Assembly: GCA_002011125.2 (NCBI GenBank)
Contig: MTMF02000009.1
Coordinates: 1,640,989-1,704,988, forward strand
DNA: 64,000 nt
Reading direction: 5' to 3'
DNA from: Candidatus Hydrothermarchaeum profundi
GTDB taxonomy: Archaea; Hydrothermarchaeota; Hydrothermarchaeia; Hydrothermarchaeales; Hydrothermarchaeaceae
Below, piece after piece: positions 31,077 through 41,317 of this stretch (position 1 is its first letter; each line of letters opens with the position of its first letter). The notes under the pieces were generated by a model. That model was not told the origin of the DNA and did no database searches. It saw only the letters and a list, made by a program, of their open reading frames with translations. A program made the translations under genes and the position numbers.

Positions 31077-31532
31077 ATGGAAGAGATAAGTATCCTCACC
31101 AAAGTCTTCTTATTTCTATTATTCTGTAGCTTTATAGCATATTCTTATTATCAATTTGAAGAAAGACGCGAACCAATTAAGAGGTTCTCGGCAGCACTAG
31201 ACTTCTCAGACACTTTGAAAAATAATCTGCTCTGCGTTAGAACTAGCGGAACACCTAATCCCGGCCTGCTAGATATTGAGACTCTGCAGAAAGTAAATTA
31301 CAAAATCCTAGAAAAATTCTGGAACAAGCCTTACCAGTGGGAAGTTGTTATACGAGATTCCAATGGCGCCATTGTATATGAAGAAGGCGATCTTAAAAAA
31401 GAAGGTAAGGACCACATATATCTCGCTAACTTAGGTAAGGAGTACACTGTTGTCCAAAACATTATAGCTATTAAAAGTCTCGATAGATCCGTGCATTTTG
31501 GGAAATTAGAGGTGTGGGTATGGGATACATAA
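31077..31532 (+). CDS. Minor pilin-like single-TM protein
   Basis: N-terminal TM; C-terminal GKLEVWVW strand; translationally coupled in operon. Confidence 0.55.
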   Translation: MEEISILTKVFLFLLFCSFIAYSYYQFEERREPIKRFSAALDFSDTLKNNLLCVRTSGTPNPGLLDIETLQKVNYKILEKFWNKPYQWEVVIRDSNGAIVYEEGDLKKEGKDHIYLANLGKEYTVVQNIIAIKSLDRSVHFGKLEVWVWDT

Positions 31533-32326
31533 CCGAGAATAAGGGGCAGAGCGAAGCAGCTGATGTCATCATTTTAGCTATGCTGGTTTCTTTTTCGTTA
31601 TATCTAATATCTAACTATGGGATAGGAGCATATGAAGATGATTATTATTTAAAGAGTCTCAATTCACGATATCTCGAGGATTTGTCACAGAGTTTTGTTC
31701 TAACTGTGAGATACTTGTCAAATTGTAATGATAAGCTAACCTATACTGTAGGCATTGACTCTAAAGTCCTTGGTAACTCAGATACTCTAAGAAACATTCT
31801 AGAAGCTAATCCGCTGGAGAGGCATTTAAGAATAAATCTTGTAGACCTCATTATTGAAGACTTGTTTCTGGGACTTAAATTTCAGTATAACAATTCTAAT
31901 TTATACTCCACCGACATTTTAGCAGGTGATTTTCACCAGAGTGTAGAACGAAAGGTTTTCGAAGATATGTCCTTTGTATTGAGCAGACAATTCAACTACC
32001 GGATTGAAGGATATTATCACCCCTATAAAGGCACGCTCCTAGATAATTTTCTTTACAGTGAAGTGGTTTATACAAATGCACCATTCCCCCAAAGTAGTAG
32101 TGTATACATTGGGAAAGCATCAGTAACTGTACCCATTAATGTAAGTATCTTAGAAAATATTTTCTTATTTGAACACTCGGAAAGTAAAATGCTCTTATCA
32201 AATTTTTTTAGTCTCCAACTTAACAGCTCCGTCAATCCCACGTTTTTTGAGATGATAAGAGCTACACACCCTAAAAACAATGCGGCCGAAATAAGAATTA
32301 TGCTGTGGAACTCAGGGACGGCTTAA
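31514..32326 (+). CDS. Minor pilin-like protein
   Basis: Class III-like signal NKG|QSEAADVIILAMLVS; C-terminal IRIMLW. Confidence 0.6.
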   Translation: MGMGYITENKGQSEAADVIILAMLVSFSLYLISNYGIGAYEDDYYLKSLNSRYLEDLSQSFVLTVRYLSNCNDKLTYTVGIDSKVLGNSDTLRNILEANPLERHLRINLVDLIIEDLFLGLKFQYNNSNLYSTDILAGDFHQSVERKVFEDMSFVLSRQFNYRIEGYYHPYKGTLLDNFLYSEVVYTNAPFPQSSSVYIGKASVTVPINVSILENIFLFEHSESKMLLSNFFSLQLNSSVNPTFFEMIRATHPKNNAAEIRIMLWNSGTA

Positions 32327-32328
32327 GA

Positions 32329-35300
32329 ATGAGTTTTTTGAAAAAAGAGGATGGAATGATTCCATTTTCATCTCTTGGAATAATTATGCTTCTCATCACA
32401 GGTATAGCGATCTATCACTTTAGTAAGGTAGATCTTCAGCGAGCGCGCTCTATGAATAAGCATACTGCTGACATGGAAACATTTTATTTAACAACCTCAA
32501 TAAACTTAGACCTTCAGCAAATAACTCGAGGGGCTATTAAACAGGCTATTCTTAATCATTCAATTAGCACTTATGGGTCTCCTATTAATATCGATGAAGA
32601 GTGGAAAAATCGAAAGGCATACGAACAATGGCGAAAAAACTTAGAAAAAGATATCGAACAATCAATTATAGATTCTATCTACTACTCATATTACCAAGGT
32701 AATATAAGCAAGCTAAATGAAAGATATGACGATCACCTAACAAACTTCGATTTCTCTAGGTTTTTAAGCTCAAAGAAAGATCTAAAAGTTAAAATAAATC
32801 CTGATTTTTATGATAGAGATAAAAAAGTGCAACATAGCCTTGAAACCGAGGTTAACTTTTATAGAAATGGCATTATCGGTGCCCATAATAAGTATACATT
32901 TCATGAAATGTCCTTGAAGTTAGGTACTTCTGTGACATCCGGACTACGGCCTTTCACAATGGCGGATAAAGCGTATGCTTTTACAGGCATTTTTAAAAAA
33001 AGAGCACCTAACCCCTTGAATCCCCTAGAATGTATTGAACCAAAAAAGGCGGGATATAATACGGTAGACGAATTAGCATGGTACTTATGGGGCATACAGG
33101 AAGTCCTCGGTTTTTTTGAGGCTAATGTTAATCATAACATCAAATTCGCTACGGATGATAGAGCATCATATTCCCTAATTCAGTTAATTATAGCGTATAA
33201 AGAACTTGAGCAGTTTGGTACATTTGATTATATTCATGCTACTTCTGAGTTTATACGCCCATGGTTAGGAAGCGAGAATGAAGGGGAAGAGTTTGTTAGA
33301 GTTCTTGAAAAGGGATTGAACGAAAAAGTAGCTAAAGAAGCTGCAGATATGATGGAGTCTTCAACCTTTATTAAAAATCTTTTCAGCAGAATTAACGAGA
33401 TTGGAGATCTATTGATACTATCAGCATCACATTTGGATAGTGCTACCGTGAATATGGATAAAGGAGGCGGATTCCCCCCAGCCATCGCCTCTAATCTAAA
33501 TTTAGCCTCAGAAGGAGTAACCCAGCATTTAAGACAAGCCAGCGACATGTCTCGTCTAATGGAAGTCTACGATACATTATCCCTGATAAAAGAAGAAGTT
33601 GAAGAGAATAAAGAGAATGTAGAAAGTTCTGAAATAGAAAATTGGGGAGATAAAATTGAAGCTCAGATCTCAACTGTTGCACAAGAATGGAATGATGTCA
33701 AAGAAGAGTGGAAAGAAGGGAAATATGACCTCGAAACTTCTAAAAATAATCTAATATTAGCCAAAAAAGACCTTATTGGCCTCAAATTCTGGTTAGAAGA
33801 TGAAAAATGCAAAAATAATGTAGCTACTTCTTTATGGTTTGGAAATGAGAATCAAAACTATAAAGGTATGTACGAGATACTGCCCGCGAAGTTAGAAGAA
33901 ACTAATAGACTTATAGACTCGCTTAGTGACTTAGAAGGAAGATATAATGCTTTAAGATATGATGAAAACTCAGACGATTATTACATTAACTACTATTACC
34001 ACGAAACAATTAGAAATTTGAAGGAAGCGAAAAGCCTTCTTTCTCAAGCAGAATCGGCTAGGGAGACATATCTTGCTCAGAAATATAAGTATGATAACTG
34101 CAGACTCCAAATAGACTATAAAGATCCAAAAATGGGCGGTTGCTTAAGTTCTGGCTATCGATGTAGAGCATATAAATGCAGTCCCTATCCCTGTGATTGC
34201 ACAACTGAAGAAGGTGTTACAACCTGTGAGACATGCTACAGAACTTGCTACCATTCATGTTATGATTGTATATGTGATAAGGGCATCTTAGAAATTAACT
34301 TCAGAGAAGCTCAATCTAAATACGAAGAATATATGAAAAAAGCATTAAAGCCGCTCTCTCGTGCAATAGAAGATGTTCTCTTAATGAGAAACTCTGGAGA
34401 AACCTTTTACGATGAAAAAGGGGCACAGGAAATATTAGAAGAAATTGAGAAAATTCATGGAGTATATACAACTCCCACTTACCTTCCATCTCAAGAAACA
34501 TACTACTCCATAACTGATATCTATTATGCTCACTGGAACTTCTCCCATAGTAAGAATGACATTCCTCATTACATACTAGCTTTAGATATCAATACCCCAC
34601 TGACGTATAATTTAGAAAACAAAAAATTTGATGATTATGGCATCTTCCACATTCAACGAACAGTTAAAGCCATGGAAAGAGCTATCGAAGACCCTTCTCT
34701 TGATGTAGACGCCCTTCAAAGAGGAGAGCAAGCGCTTGAAAAGATGATAAACCAACGCTATTTTGAGAATCTTTCAGGGATATTAGAACTTATCGGTATA
34801 TTTATAGAATCTTCTGAGAATATGAGAACCGCTCTACTAAACATAAGAACATTAGAAACACATTTTCCTAATGCAGTAGATCACGCTTATACAACTTTCC
34901 TTCTACCCCCTATAAATTCATCGCGTTTAGGCTATCAATATCAGGGGCTATCGGTTATACATGATATTCGGCTTAGAGTAGATACACGTCCTGGTAAAAT
35001 TAAGCTCCCGATTATAGGCGAAGTAGGCTTAGGCAGAGATAACTCAGTTAATCCTTCCTTCCCGCTACCTTATACTCCTGTTAATTTTTATATATGGGGC
35101 TTTGAGATTACTCCAAGTTTTAATGAAGAAATACCAGAAATGTCGACACTCTGGCTCATTGACTCCGATACGAATGTACTTACCTCTCTACTAGAAATGA
35201 AGATTAATGATAAAACTATTCCTATCCCCTTGATTCTTCATAAGCCAATTATGTATAAATTCGAATTTACTCCTTTAGAAATTATCTCCAAAAGCATTGG

Positions 35301-36063
35301 AAAAAATTATCTACCTCCCGTAGTTGTTTTCTCTGTGGGACCTTTTACCACCAGATTTAGAGATCGCGTTGAGCCTCCGGATAAAGACATCACAGTACCA
35401 ATTCTTGTAGATTTATCTTATTCAGATAAACGTGTGTACCTGAATACTTCGAATTCCGCTGGGCGGGAAGTATATGTGTTTACTTCGGCATTCGAAAGGG
35501 TGAACAGTTTAAGTTATCCTCTAAAAACTTCTTTAGGAACTTTAAAATTAAACGGCAAAACTTTTTTCTCATCGAATTCAAAAGCCCCCAAGTGGGCACA
35601 ATTAAATGGATTAAAATTATTAGACGAATATGGATGGTCCGAAATTATCATAGACGCTTATGCTACTCATGATCCTATGAGCCCGATTTTCAGCAACAAG
35701 TCTAAACGTATTGAAAAGACTTCCCATGTAAAAGGAAGCGATCATATTCGGATTCTATTACAAGAAGATATCGGAAAAATAAGTATCTCCGGGTCTAAAT
35801 ACGGAGATCATTTGCGAGTAAGTAATAAGGGAAATAAGAGAGTTGATATCTCGATAAGTGGGGAAACATGCACATTTTTTAAGCCTATGACCCCTAGGTC
35901 TACTATTACTAAAGAAATGTGGTTTGGTACGATAGATCCTAAGAGAAGTATAGAATTAATTGTCTTTTACAAAGAAAAAACCAATGTTTCTGTTGAAATA
36001 GAAATGCCGAGGGTATTAAAGGAAGATCTAGATATTCCAAGTATCAAGATAGAGTATCCATAA
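32329..36063 (+). CDS. Very large pilin-like/adhesin protein with helical stalk and Cys-rich insert
   Basis: KKEDG|MIPFSSLGIIMLLI class III-like signal; long heptad-like helical region; 12 Cys in about 60 aa; beta-rich C-terminus; track start 32305. Confidence 0.65.
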   Translation: MSFLKKEDGMIPFSSLGIIMLLITGIAIYHFSKVDLQRARSMNKHTADMETFYLTTSINLDLQQITRGAIKQAILNHSISTYGSPINIDEEWKNRKAYEQWRKNLEKDIEQSIIDSIYYSYYQGNISKLNERYDDHLTNFDFSRFLSSKKDLKVKINPDFYDRDKKVQHSLETEVNFYRNGIIGAHNKYTFHEMSLKLGTSVTSGLRPFTMADKAYAFTGIFKKRAPNPLNPLECIEPKKAGYNTVDELAWYLWGIQEVLGFFEANVNHNIKFATDDRASYSLIQLIIAYKELEQFGTFDYIHATSEFIRPWLGSENEGEEFVRVLEKGLNEKVAKEAADMMESSTFIKNLFSRINEIGDLLILSASHLDSATVNMDKGGGFPPAIASNLNLASEGVTQHLRQASDMSRLMEVYDTLSLIKEEVEENKENVESSEIENWGDKIEAQISTVAQEWNDVKEEWKEGKYDLETSKNNLILAKKDLIGLKFWLEDEKCKNNVATSLWFGNENQNYKGMYEILPAKLEETNRLIDSLSDLEGRYNALRYDENSDDYYINYYYHETIRNLKEAKSLLSQAESARETYLAQKYKYDNCRLQIDYKDPKMGGCLSSGYRCRAYKCSPYPCDCTTEEGVTTCETCYRTCYHSCYDCICDKGILEINFREAQSKYEEYMKKALKPLSRAIEDVLLMRNSGETFYDEKGAQEILEEIEKIHGVYTTPTYLPSQETYYSITDIYYAHWNFSHSKNDIPHYILALDINTPLTYNLENKKFDDYGIFHIQRTVKAMERAIEDPSLDVDALQRGEQALEKMINQRYFENLSGILELIGIFIESSENMRTALLNIRTLETHFPNAVDHAYTTFLLPPINSSRLGYQYQGLSVIHDIRLRVDTRPGKIKLPIIGEVGLGRDNSVNPSFPLPYTPVNFYIWGFEITPSFNEEIPEMSTLWLIDSDTNVLTSLLEMKINDKTIPIPLILHKPIMYKFEFTPLEIISKSIGKNYLPPVVVFSVGPFTTRFRDRVEPPDKDITVPILVDLSYSDKRVYLNTSNSAGREVYVFTSAFERVNSLSYPLKTSLGTLKLNGKTFFSSNSKAPKWAQLNGLKLLDEYGWSEIIIDAYATHDPMSPIFSNKSKRIEKTSHVKGSDHIRILLQEDIGKISISGSKYGDHLRVSNKGNKRVDISISGETCTFFKPMTPRSTITKEMWFGTIDPKRSIELIVFYKEKTNVSVEIEMPRVLKEDLDIPSIKIEYP

Positions 36064-36109
36064 CATGTATTCGATAAAAATAGTTTGTACCTATTAAATT
36101 AATAAAGAA

Positions 36110-37120
36110 TTATTTCCAAACCCCTTCTATTAGAGTTTTACATTTTGGGCATCTACCCTTCTCTATTTTATTCTCTTCAATAGTAAATCCCCACCTTTTT
36201 ATTAAGATTTCACTACAGTTCGGGCAATAGGTATTCTCGTTTCCATACCCAGGAACATTGCCTTCGTAGACATATTTAAGGCCCACCTCTAACCCAATTT
36301 TTCTTGCCTTTCTTAAACTCTTTAATGGTGTTATAGGAAGGCTCATCAGCTTATATTCGGGATGAAACTGCGTCACATGCCATGGGATATTTTCATCGAC
36401 AGAGACTAAGAATTCTGCTATTCCTCTAATGTGTTCTTCAGAATCATTTAGGGTAGGGATTATCAATGTAGTAACTTCTACCCAGATACCTAACTCCTTA
36501 TAAAGCCTCACATTATTGAGGACCGGCTCAAGTCTAGCACCGCAGATTTCTTTATAGAATTTTTCAGTAAAACCTTTAACATCTATATTAGCAGCGTCAA
36601 GGTAAGGCTTAATTTCCCTAAGTGCATCTTCTCCCGTATAGCCATTCGTAACAAACACATTTTTGATGCCCTCTTTATGTGCGAGTTTTGCAGTATCGTA
36701 GGCATACTCATAAAAAATAGTTGGCTCGGTATAGGTGTAGGCTATACTTTTACAGTTAAATTTTTTTGCTTCTAAAACTATTTCCTCTGGGGATAGAGCT
36801 CTACCATCTATTCTTCGCTCATCTCTAGGCATTTGAGAGATCGAATAGTTCTGGCAATGCATACATCGGAAATTGCACCCTACTGTCGCAAAAGAATATA
36901 TATCAGTTCCTGGGAGAAAATGAAAAAGCGGTTTTTTTTCTATGGGGTCTATATTAGCTGAAATAGCTTTTCCGTATACTAACGAGTAGAGAGTTCCTCC
37001 TATGTTTTCTCGAACAGTACATATTCCCCTCTTACCATCTGCAATGGTACATTTATGATGGCATAAGTAGCATCTAACCCTGCCCTCTGATAACCTCTCG
37101 TAGAACATCGCTTCTTTCAT
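36110..37120 (-). CDS. amrS: AmmeMemoRadiSam system radical SAM enzyme
   Basis: DPIEKKPLFHF.PG, GCNFRCMHCQN, AYTYTEP, C-terminal CPNC/CPKC. Confidence 0.93.
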   Translation of the reverse strand: MKEAMFYERLSEGRVRCYLCHHKCTIADGKRGICTVRENIGGTLYSLVYGKAISANIDPIEKKPLFHFLPGTDIYSFATVGCNFRCMHCQNYSISQMPRDERRIDGRALSPEEIVLEAKKFNCKSIAYTYTEPTIFYEYAYDTAKLAHKEGIKNVFVTNGYTGEDALREIKPYLDAANIDVKGFTEKFYKEICGARLEPVLNNVRLYKELGIWVEVTTLIIPTLNDSEEHIRGIAEFLVSVDENIPWHVTQFHPEYKLMSLPITPLKSLRKARKIGLEVGLKYVYEGNVPGYGNENTYCPNCSEILIKRWGFTIEENKIEKGRCPKCKTLIEGVWK

Positions 37121-37173
37121 AGCTCATCTATTTTCTGTGTCTTCAACTAGTAAAATTTTTGGGTGTGGACTTT

Positions 37174-38082
37174 TTAAAAGAAGTTGATACTATAAAGAAC
37201 GCCTAGTATAACTAATAGCAGAGCCGCTTCTACCGCTATTTTTAGAGCTATTATTTTGAGAGCTAGTTTCTTTGTGAAAAGAGCTGTTACAGTAGGGAAA
37301 GTGTGCTGAAGGTAAATTCTTGGTAGAGATATGGTGAGTCCTAGTATCAGGGTTACGAGTGCAATATTCTCAGAGAGTACACCGTTAGATACCAATTCTC
37401 CGCATACAGCGAACCCCGCTATTACATTTGCAAATTGCGTAACCATCACAATTGCGCTTTCACCAGGTAATCCTATCGCGCCAGTAATAGGACCGGCTGC
37501 CAGAGAAATTTTATCTAAAACTCCAAAGTATCTTAAAAGCTTAATAACAGATACAGCAACAAGAAAAGTTGGAATTACTCTTTTCAGGATATCCATACTC
37601 TTCAGCAATGCAGTCTTGTAATCGCCTTTTTCCTCGCTCTCGAAGATAGGTTCTATTTGCTGTGGGGGAAACTTCAGCTTCGAGTATATTATCGCTAAAA
37701 AGCTCTGGAAGAAAGAAGAAGTCAATTTTATCAAGAGATATTTGAGTCCCAGTGAAGCCCCCAATAATCCAACTACTAGCGGAATGTAATAGTAAGGTAA
37801 TCTTAAGAATTCGTAGGGAAAAGTTGTCACAAAAGTAGTCACTATCACCTCTTTATCAGAAACCTTTCCTCTACGATAAAACTCGGCCAGTGTCGAGTAT
37901 CCAACCGTAGGGCTTAAAAGCCTCATTAGCGATGAAGTAATAACCTCCTTAGATAGATGGGAAAATTTTATCAGAGGATTGAGAAATCTTACTAAAAGGC
38001 GAGTTAACCCATATTCTGCTATCAAATTAGCTATTATTACTGCCATAGTAAGAGTTGCTACCGTTTTTATGAGATAATTCAT
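37174..38082 (-). CDS. Nucleoside recognition (Gate) domain membrane protein
   Basis: Polytopic with two repeats (PLIKFSHL / PITGAIGLPG); likely ATG 38082 (track to 38139). Confidence 0.7.
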   Translation of the reverse strand: MNYLIKTVATLTMAVIIANLIAEYGLTRLLVRFLNPLIKFSHLSKEVITSSLMRLLSPTVGYSTLAEFYRRGKVSDKEVIVTTFVTTFPYEFLRLPYYYIPLVVGLLGASLGLKYLLIKLTSSFFQSFLAIIYSKLKFPPQQIEPIFESEEKGDYKTALLKSMDILKRVIPTFLVAVSVIKLLRYFGVLDKISLAAGPITGAIGLPGESAIVMVTQFANVIAGFAVCGELVSNGVLSENIALVTLILGLTISLPRIYLQHTFPTVTALFTKKLALKIIALKIAVEAALLLVILGVLYSINFF

Positions 38083-38176
38083 TAAAAATTTCTCCGATTT
38101 ATGTTTATTAGAAAAGTTCCTTTTAGGAATTAAACTCAATTAAATATTTAACCTAACATCCATATTCCTAATTCTT

Positions 38177-39157
38177 ATGCAGTTGTCTCTAGGAGTTGTA
38201 AGTAGCAACCCTATTCAGAGTTCTATAAAATATGCACAATTGGCGGAAAATAAGGGTTTCAAGAGAATATGGGTAGGAGAGGACATAAGATCGAGAGAGA
38301 TTTTTTCTTATATTTCTATCATCGCTTTAAGAACGAACTTTATAGGGATTGCATCTGGAATCACTAGCCCTTATGTGAGACGTATTGCAGCACTTGCTTC
38401 CTCTGTAGCAGCGGTACAACATCTAAGTCATGGCAGATTTACATTAGGTATCGGTCCAGGGGGAAGGCCTGAAGTCAAGAAGATGCTTGGAAAAGACCAA
38501 GAAAATGTTATTGAAGTCATGAAAGAAACCACAATGCTGATAAGGAGGATTTTGAAGGGAGAAAGCATTTCATATAAGGGCGTACTAGCCTGTCTTTCAG
38601 ATTATCGTTTACAACATCCAGATCTTGGACCGGTCGACATCTATTTCGGGGTGAGAGGTCCTAAGCTGCTTACACTTGCAGGCGAAATAGCTGATGGAGT
38701 GATTTTTTCTGGGCCTTTAAGCTACATGCGCAATAGCATAAGGATAGTTGAAGATTCTGCACGGAAAAAGGGTAGAGAGTTAAATAAAATTGTGAAAGTA
38801 TTGTGGAACGCGTTTTTAATTACACACAATAAGGTGGAATTAAAATCTGCTAAGCCTATTGTCGCCACGATGATTGCGAGTATGCCCCAGGAGATTATAG
38901 AATCTGTAGGAATCGATAAAGAAACTGCTAGTAAAATCCAAAACTTTTTTGAAAAGTCTAGATATGGGGATGCTTACAGCCTAGTAGGTGAGGATATGAT
39001 TAGGGAGTTTATGATTGCAGGAAGTAAATCCGAGGTGGAGGAACAAATCGAAAAATTAAGGCAGATGGGGTTCGAAGAAATAATTTTAGGCCCCCCATAT
39101 GGCGAAGAGCCGCTGAAAATTATCGAATACTTAGGCGATATTTTTGGTGAAAAATAA
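38177..39157 (+). CDS. LLM-class (Mer-like, probably F420-dependent) oxidoreductase
   Basis: AE..GF..IWVGE, GITSPY.R, GRFTLGIG.G, GPKLL.LAGEIADG. Confidence 0.85.
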   Translation: MQLSLGVVSSNPIQSSIKYAQLAENKGFKRIWVGEDIRSREIFSYISIIALRTNFIGIASGITSPYVRRIAALASSVAAVQHLSHGRFTLGIGPGGRPEVKKMLGKDQENVIEVMKETTMLIRRILKGESISYKGVLACLSDYRLQHPDLGPVDIYFGVRGPKLLTLAGEIADGVIFSGPLSYMRNSIRIVEDSARKKGRELNKIVKVLWNAFLITHNKVELKSAKPIVATMIASMPQEIIESVGIDKETASKIQNFFEKSRYGDAYSLVGEDMIREFMIAGSKSEVEEQIEKLRQMGFEEIILGPPYGEEPLKIIEYLGDIFGEK

Positions 39158-40023
39158 TGGAGTATGGGATAAATTTTAACGGAGATGTGATTATAGACAA
39201 GATAACAAAAGCAGCTATTTTGTCAGAAGAAGCAGGCTTCTCACACATATGGGTAGGAGAAACTACCGGATTCTTACATCCCTTCCCACTAATGGCGGCC
39301 TGCTTGGAAAACACCGGGAAAATTGTTGTCGGAGCAGGTATCATCAGCCCATTGAGAAACCGGCCTCATCACATATTGAAAGCTGCATTAACATTTGAAG
39401 AAGTATATGGACCGAGAGTTTCTATTGGGCTAGCCCCTGGAGATCACGAAGGACTTAAAAGAGAGTGCACTACAACTAAAAAAGTTTTAGGAGTCTTAAG
39501 CGACGCGTCTACATACCTTAAAGGAAATTCAGATCTCAAGGTATATATTGGAGCTTCTGGTCCAAAACTCATAAAACTTGCTGGAGAAAAATCCGACGGT
39601 GTATTGCTAAATTATGTTTATCCGGAGTATGTAAAATGGGCTTTGAAATTTTTAAAAAAAGATGTTTACAAGGCAGTCTACGGTCCTTCTCTCCTTCTTC
39701 CCAATTCTAAACTACTAAGTCACTTAAGAGGAGCTGCTGCTGTTGTACTCGCGGGAGGAAACCGAGATTTCTTAGAATCCATGGGGCTCACTGAGTTATC
39801 GGGAGAACTACGGGAGCTTGTGAGAAAAGAGAAATGGAGCGAACTCAAAAAATATGATAAAATACTGTTTGAGCGTTTTACGATCTCTGGAGATGTTTAT
39901 GATTTTCAAGATCGCTTAGAGGAATATAAAAAACTCGGAATAGACCAAGTCATCTTAGCAACTCCCTTTGGAAGAGACATCAAAGGCATACGAGAGATGA
40001 CAAAAGTCATTTCAAGTACTTAA
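39157..40023 (+). CDS. Second LLM-class (Mer-like) oxidoreductase
   Basis: GFSHIWVGE, YIGASGPKLIKLAGE.SDGVLLN; 1-nt overlap (TAATG) with previous gene. Confidence 0.82.
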   Translation: MEYGINFNGDVIIDKITKAAILSEEAGFSHIWVGETTGFLHPFPLMAACLENTGKIVVGAGIISPLRNRPHHILKAALTFEEVYGPRVSIGLAPGDHEGLKRECTTTKKVLGVLSDASTYLKGNSDLKVYIGASGPKLIKLAGEKSDGVLLNYVYPEYVKWALKFLKKDVYKAVYGPSLLLPNSKLLSHLRGAAAVVLAGGNRDFLESMGLTELSGELRELVRKEKWSELKKYDKILFERFTISGDVYDFQDRLEEYKKLGIDQVILATPFGRDIKGIREMTKVISST

Positions 40024-40027
40024 TGAC

Positions 40028-41296
40028 TCAAATTTTCTCCGCGAAATATATGTTTTTGTTGTCCATTCCAAGTTCAACAAACATCCCGGTTTTAAGAACT
40101 TTATGAGAATTTTCTATAGGAGCAACCCGCTTTCCAGGTCCGATAATTGAATCTTTTAGAATCGTGACCCCCCCACCGATAACAGGCACTCTTTCAGAAG
40201 GTTTTCCTACAATTTCAACCTCTAGGTCTGCGTCTATTACTGTTCCATCTTCTATTGTGGCAAATCTCCCTATCACGCTTTTGTTTATTTTTACATTTTT
40301 TCCTATATTCGTGAAACTCATTACTACAGAATCCCTAATGACACTACCATCTCCAATTTGGCATGTATGGCCAACGCAAGAGTTCTCTATTTTCACATCT
40401 TTCCCTATCCAACAATGCCGCCCCACCATAGTGTTATCCCCAATGTAAACATCTCTGAGTTGATTATTTCTTTCTACAGTTGACGGATGTATCCATTGTT
40501 TATCCCTATATCGATGAAGGAGAGATATTTGTTTTACCTCGCCCCTTAATATATCAAGAGATGTTTCCAAGAAGCTTCCGGGAGTTCCAACATCGGCCCA
40601 ATATCCGTCCATTAGGTATCCACAGGTGACATAACCATTTTCTACGAGGTAAGGTATGACATCATGCCCTATATCTTTTACCTTGCTCCCCATTTCTCTA
40701 AAGACCTTCCGTATTCTTGGAGAAAAAACATACAGGCCTGTATTTATTAGCTTAGAGGGCTCTGTATCTGGAGATGGTTTTTCTATAAATCTTTTTATCA
40801 TGTTCCCCTCTAGTTCAGCGACCCCAAAGTGACTTACATCTCCTTCTATTCTCTTTAAACCTATCGTTAAAACTGCTTCCGTTTCTCTATGCTGTTTCAT
40901 GATATTCTCTAGGTCTATCTCCATTATGTTATCACCGCCTATCACCAGAACATCTTTTTCTATATCATAGTACTCCATACAGTATCTCACTGCATCACCA
41001 CTGCCTCTATCCTGGTAGTTAGGCTGGTACCTGATTTCCTCTCTAGGCTCTACGCCGAGTTCTTTAAAAAAGCCTATGCCCTCCTTAAAGTATTTATTTA
41101 GCTGCTCAGAATTCTCATACCCTTTACTAGCGATCACAATTTCTCTACAGCCTTGGGTAATAAGAGGTGCTAATGCTCTCGCTAGCGTCGCTTTATTACA
41201 CATATCAAGTATAGCTTTTGCTATATTAAGGGTCAGAGGATATAATCTAGTACCTTTCCCCCCAACGGTTGCTATAACTACAGGAAATTCTCTCAA
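40028..41296 (-). CDS. Sugar-phosphate nucleotidyltransferase with left-handed beta-helix
   Basis: GGKGTRLYPLT..K, GD, FIEKP, YWADVGTP, hexapeptide repeats. Confidence 0.9.
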   Translation of the reverse strand: MREFPVVIATVGGKGTRLYPLTLNIAKAILDMCNKATLARALAPLITQGCREIVIASKGYENSEQLNKYFKEGIGFFKELGVEPREEIRYQPNYQDRGSGDAVRYCMEYYDIEKDVLVIGGDNIMEIDLENIMKQHRETEAVLTIGLKRIEGDVSHFGVAELEGNMIKRFIEKPSPDTEPSKLINTGLYVFSPRIRKVFREMGSKVKDIGHDVIPYLVENGYVTCGYLMDGYWADVGTPGSFLETSLDILRGEVKQISLLHRYRDKQWIHPSTVERNNQLRDVYIGDNTMVGRHCWIGKDVKIENSCVGHTCQIGDGSVIRDSVVMSFTNIGKNVKINKSVIGRFATIEDGTVIDADLEVEIVGKPSERVPVIGGGVTILKDSIIGPGKRVAPIENSHKVLKTGMFVELGMDNKNIYFAEKI

Positions 41297-41317
41297 TCCA
41301 GTTTCTCCTAGGAAATT

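Noticed and set aside
34140-34280. Cys cluster as heme c attachment sites (ccm operon present)
   Set aside because: No CxxCH; the nearest are CETCY and CYRTCYH
37050-37075. CYLCH (CxxCH) in AmrS as a cytochrome c motif
   Set aside because: Cytoplasmic radical SAM protein with no signal peptide; part of its usual N-terminal Cys cluster
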